DNA of 64,000 bases from assembly GCA_014379355.1 (NCBI GenBank), contig JACMLX010000187.1:9037-73036 (forward strand), read 5' to 3'. Origin of the DNA: Gemmatimonadaceae bacterium (GTDB lineage Bacteria; Gemmatimonadota; Gemmatimonadetes; Gemmatimonadales; Gemmatimonadaceae). The position numbers were made by a program, and so were the translations under genes. Shown here piece after piece: positions 62,854-64,000 of this stretch; positions within the stretch are counted from its first letter, which is position 1; every line of letters starts with the position of its first letter. Below the pieces are notes generated by a model. That model did not search any database. It was not told where the DNA came from and saw only the letters and a list, made by a program, of their open reading frames with translations.

Positions 62854-64000
62854 ATGAACCTGCACTCCGGTACGCCATTCTGGCTCGCGAACAACGGCAT
62901 TGCGCCGGCCCGTCCCACCCTTGCAGCCCCTGAACAGTGCGATGTCGTGATCTGCGGTGCCGGCGTGACCGGCGCCCTGGTGGCGGACGCGCTCACTGCG
63001 GCTGGACGCGATGTCGTGATCATCGACCGGCGCGAGTCAGGACTTGGCAGCACGGCAGCGAGTACGGCGCTGCTGCAATATGAAATCGATGTCGAGTTGA
63101 TCGCACTGGGAGAGATGATCGGCAAGGAGCAGGCGGCTCGCGCGTATCGAGCCTCCGCTCGTGCCGTGACGCAGCTCGCACAGCTCGTCGCACCGCTGGA
63201 AGGCTGCGACTTCCAGCCACGACACAGTCTGTACCTCGCCTCGACCCGACGCGATGCCAAACGCCTGCGCGCCGAATCCGACGCGCGGAGCGCGATCGGC
63301 ATCGAGACGGAATGGTGGCCGCGCGAGCGGGTGAAGGCGCGATATGGCTTCCCCTCGTACGGCGCCATTCGCAGTCAGCCCGCCGGTGAGATCGATGCGC
63401 TCGCGCTCACACGTGCACTGCTCGCGCGCGCGATTGCGAACGGCGCGCGATGGTACGAGCAGACGAACGCGCGCGGATACGAGGAGCGGGCGGGCGGTGT
63501 CCGGCTGCTGACGGACAACGGCGTCCACATCGACGCACGACGTGCCGTGTGTGCCACGGGATACGACCTGCCGAAATTTCTCGCGCAGGACTCTGTGACG
63601 CTGCACAGTACGTACGCCCTCGCCACCGAGCGCCTGACACATTTCGGCGCGTGGGATGATCGCTGCCTCGTCTGGGAGTCGGCGCGGCCGTACACATACA
63701 TGCGCACGACCGATGACCGGCGCGTGATCGTCGGCGGCGAGGATGTGCCATTTCGTGACGCCGCGTGGCGCGACCGACTGCTGCCGACCAAAACCCGCAA
63801 ACTCGAGGAGCGCCTCGCGAGGCTGTTGCCGTCGATTGCCACGGAGACCGCCTTCGAGTGGGCGGGCACCTTCGCCGAGACGAAGGACGGCCTGCCATTC
63901 ATCGGTCGTGACGCGCGCTATCCTGGCTTTCTCTTTGCGCTCGGGTACGGTGGCAATGGGATCACCTTCAGCGCGATCGCGGCCGAGCTGCTGACGGCAG
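62854..64000 (+). CDS. FAD-dependent oxidoreductase (DAO/glycine-oxidase-like family), 3' end outside the window
   Basis: Not in the ORF track (no stop in the window). My translation is MNLHSGTPFWLANNG...CDVVICGAGVTGALVADALTAAGRDVVIIDRRE (dinucleotide-binding G-x-G-x-x-G plus an acidic residue) ... GYGGNGITFSAIAAELL. Confidence 0.75.
   Translation, partial: MNLHSGTPFWLANNGIAPARPTLAAPEQCDVVICGAGVTGALVADALTAAGRDVVIIDRRESGLGSTAASTALLQYEIDVELIALGEMIGKEQAARAYRASARAVTQLAQLVAPLEGCDFQPRHSLYLASTRRDAKRLRAESDARSAIGIETEWWPRERVKARYGFPSYGAIRSQPAGEIDALALTRALLARAIANGARWYEQTNARGYEERAGGVRLLTDNGVHIDARRAVCATGYDLPKFLAQDSVTLHSTYALATERLTHFGAWDDRCLVWESARPYTYMRTTDDRRVIVGGEDVPFRDAAWRDRLLPTKTRKLEERLARLLPSIATETAFEWAGTFAETKDGLPFIGRDARYPGFLFALGYGGNGITFSAIAAELLTA

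Noticed and set aside
1-64000. A search by eye for rRNA, tRNA, CRISPR arrays, transposases, integrases, phage or plasmid genes, toxin-antitoxin pairs and known defence-system components.
   Set aside because: None were recognised. All sizeable intergenic gaps were read on both strands and contain only the hairpins, palindromes and repeats listed. A tRNAscan/Infernal/PADLOC-type run would be needed to exclude small or divergent elements.

Overview
This is a high-GC bacterial chromosomal segment (about two-thirds G+C by eye). It is densely coding, with roughly 50 CDS, and many adjacent genes share 4-nt GTGA/ATGA stop-start overlaps. I found no rRNA, tRNA, CRISPR array, transposase, integrase or phage genes by eye. 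All family calls come from reading motifs in the supplied translations; no database search was run. The gene repertoire (ADOP-type duplicated MacB permease, large BNR/sortilin-like proteins, M56 BlaR1-like sensors, LVIVD propellers) resembles Gemmatimonadota/Acidobacteriota-type soil bacteria, but that is inference only.

Gene order:
- 1-8058 (-): spermidine-synthase-like gene, M20 peptidase, PLP decarboxylase, and a MacB-like ABC ATPase / HlyD adaptor / duplicated permease.
- 8178-12158 (-): BlaI-like repressor, an M56 BlaR1-like protein with a HEAT-repeat sensor, and a paralogous HEAT lipoprotein.
- 12230-16796: GntR wHTH remnant, type-B carboxylesterase, and two beta-lactamase-fold serine hydrolases, one of them frameshifted.
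- 16985-21810 (+): DUF305 protein and two tandem LVIVD beta-propeller paralogs.
- 21874-22217: large palindromic repeat.
- 22203-32663 (-): HhH protein, BNR/sortilin-like protein, RPH-like PEP-utilising phosphotransferase, enoyl-CoA hydratase, and a second BNR/sortilin-like protein.
- 32871-40412: patatin, an internally duplicated secreted protein, a hybrid histidine kinase, an HxlR / DJ-1 / NADPH-reductase detox module, and a TetR regulator.
- 40595-46222 (+): TolC-MFP-RND efflux operon.
- 46243-46574: second copy of the palindromic repeat.
- 46600-48478 (-): nadR-like gene, ECF sigma factor and ZAS anti-sigma factor.
- 48692-64000: tandem HD-GYP protein, thrA-thrC-thrB, small membrane proteins, two DUF1990 paralogs, a CsbD/DUF1328 stress pair, a two-component system, a DUF4397 protein, and a partial FAD oxidoreductase.

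The most interesting signals:
- The M56-HEAT sensor with a free HEAT lipoprotein paralog. Both end in a PWPQPRPRPxP tail, and both genes are preceded by a shared AT-rich operator motif.
- The DUF305 plus duplicated Cys/His-rich propeller cluster.
- A roughly 340-bp palindromic intergenic repeat family present twice.
- An RPH-architecture phosphotransferase of unknown substrate.
- The translationally coupled nadR-like / ECF sigma / ZAS anti-sigma unit.
- An orphan intrinsic terminator in a divergent intergenic region.
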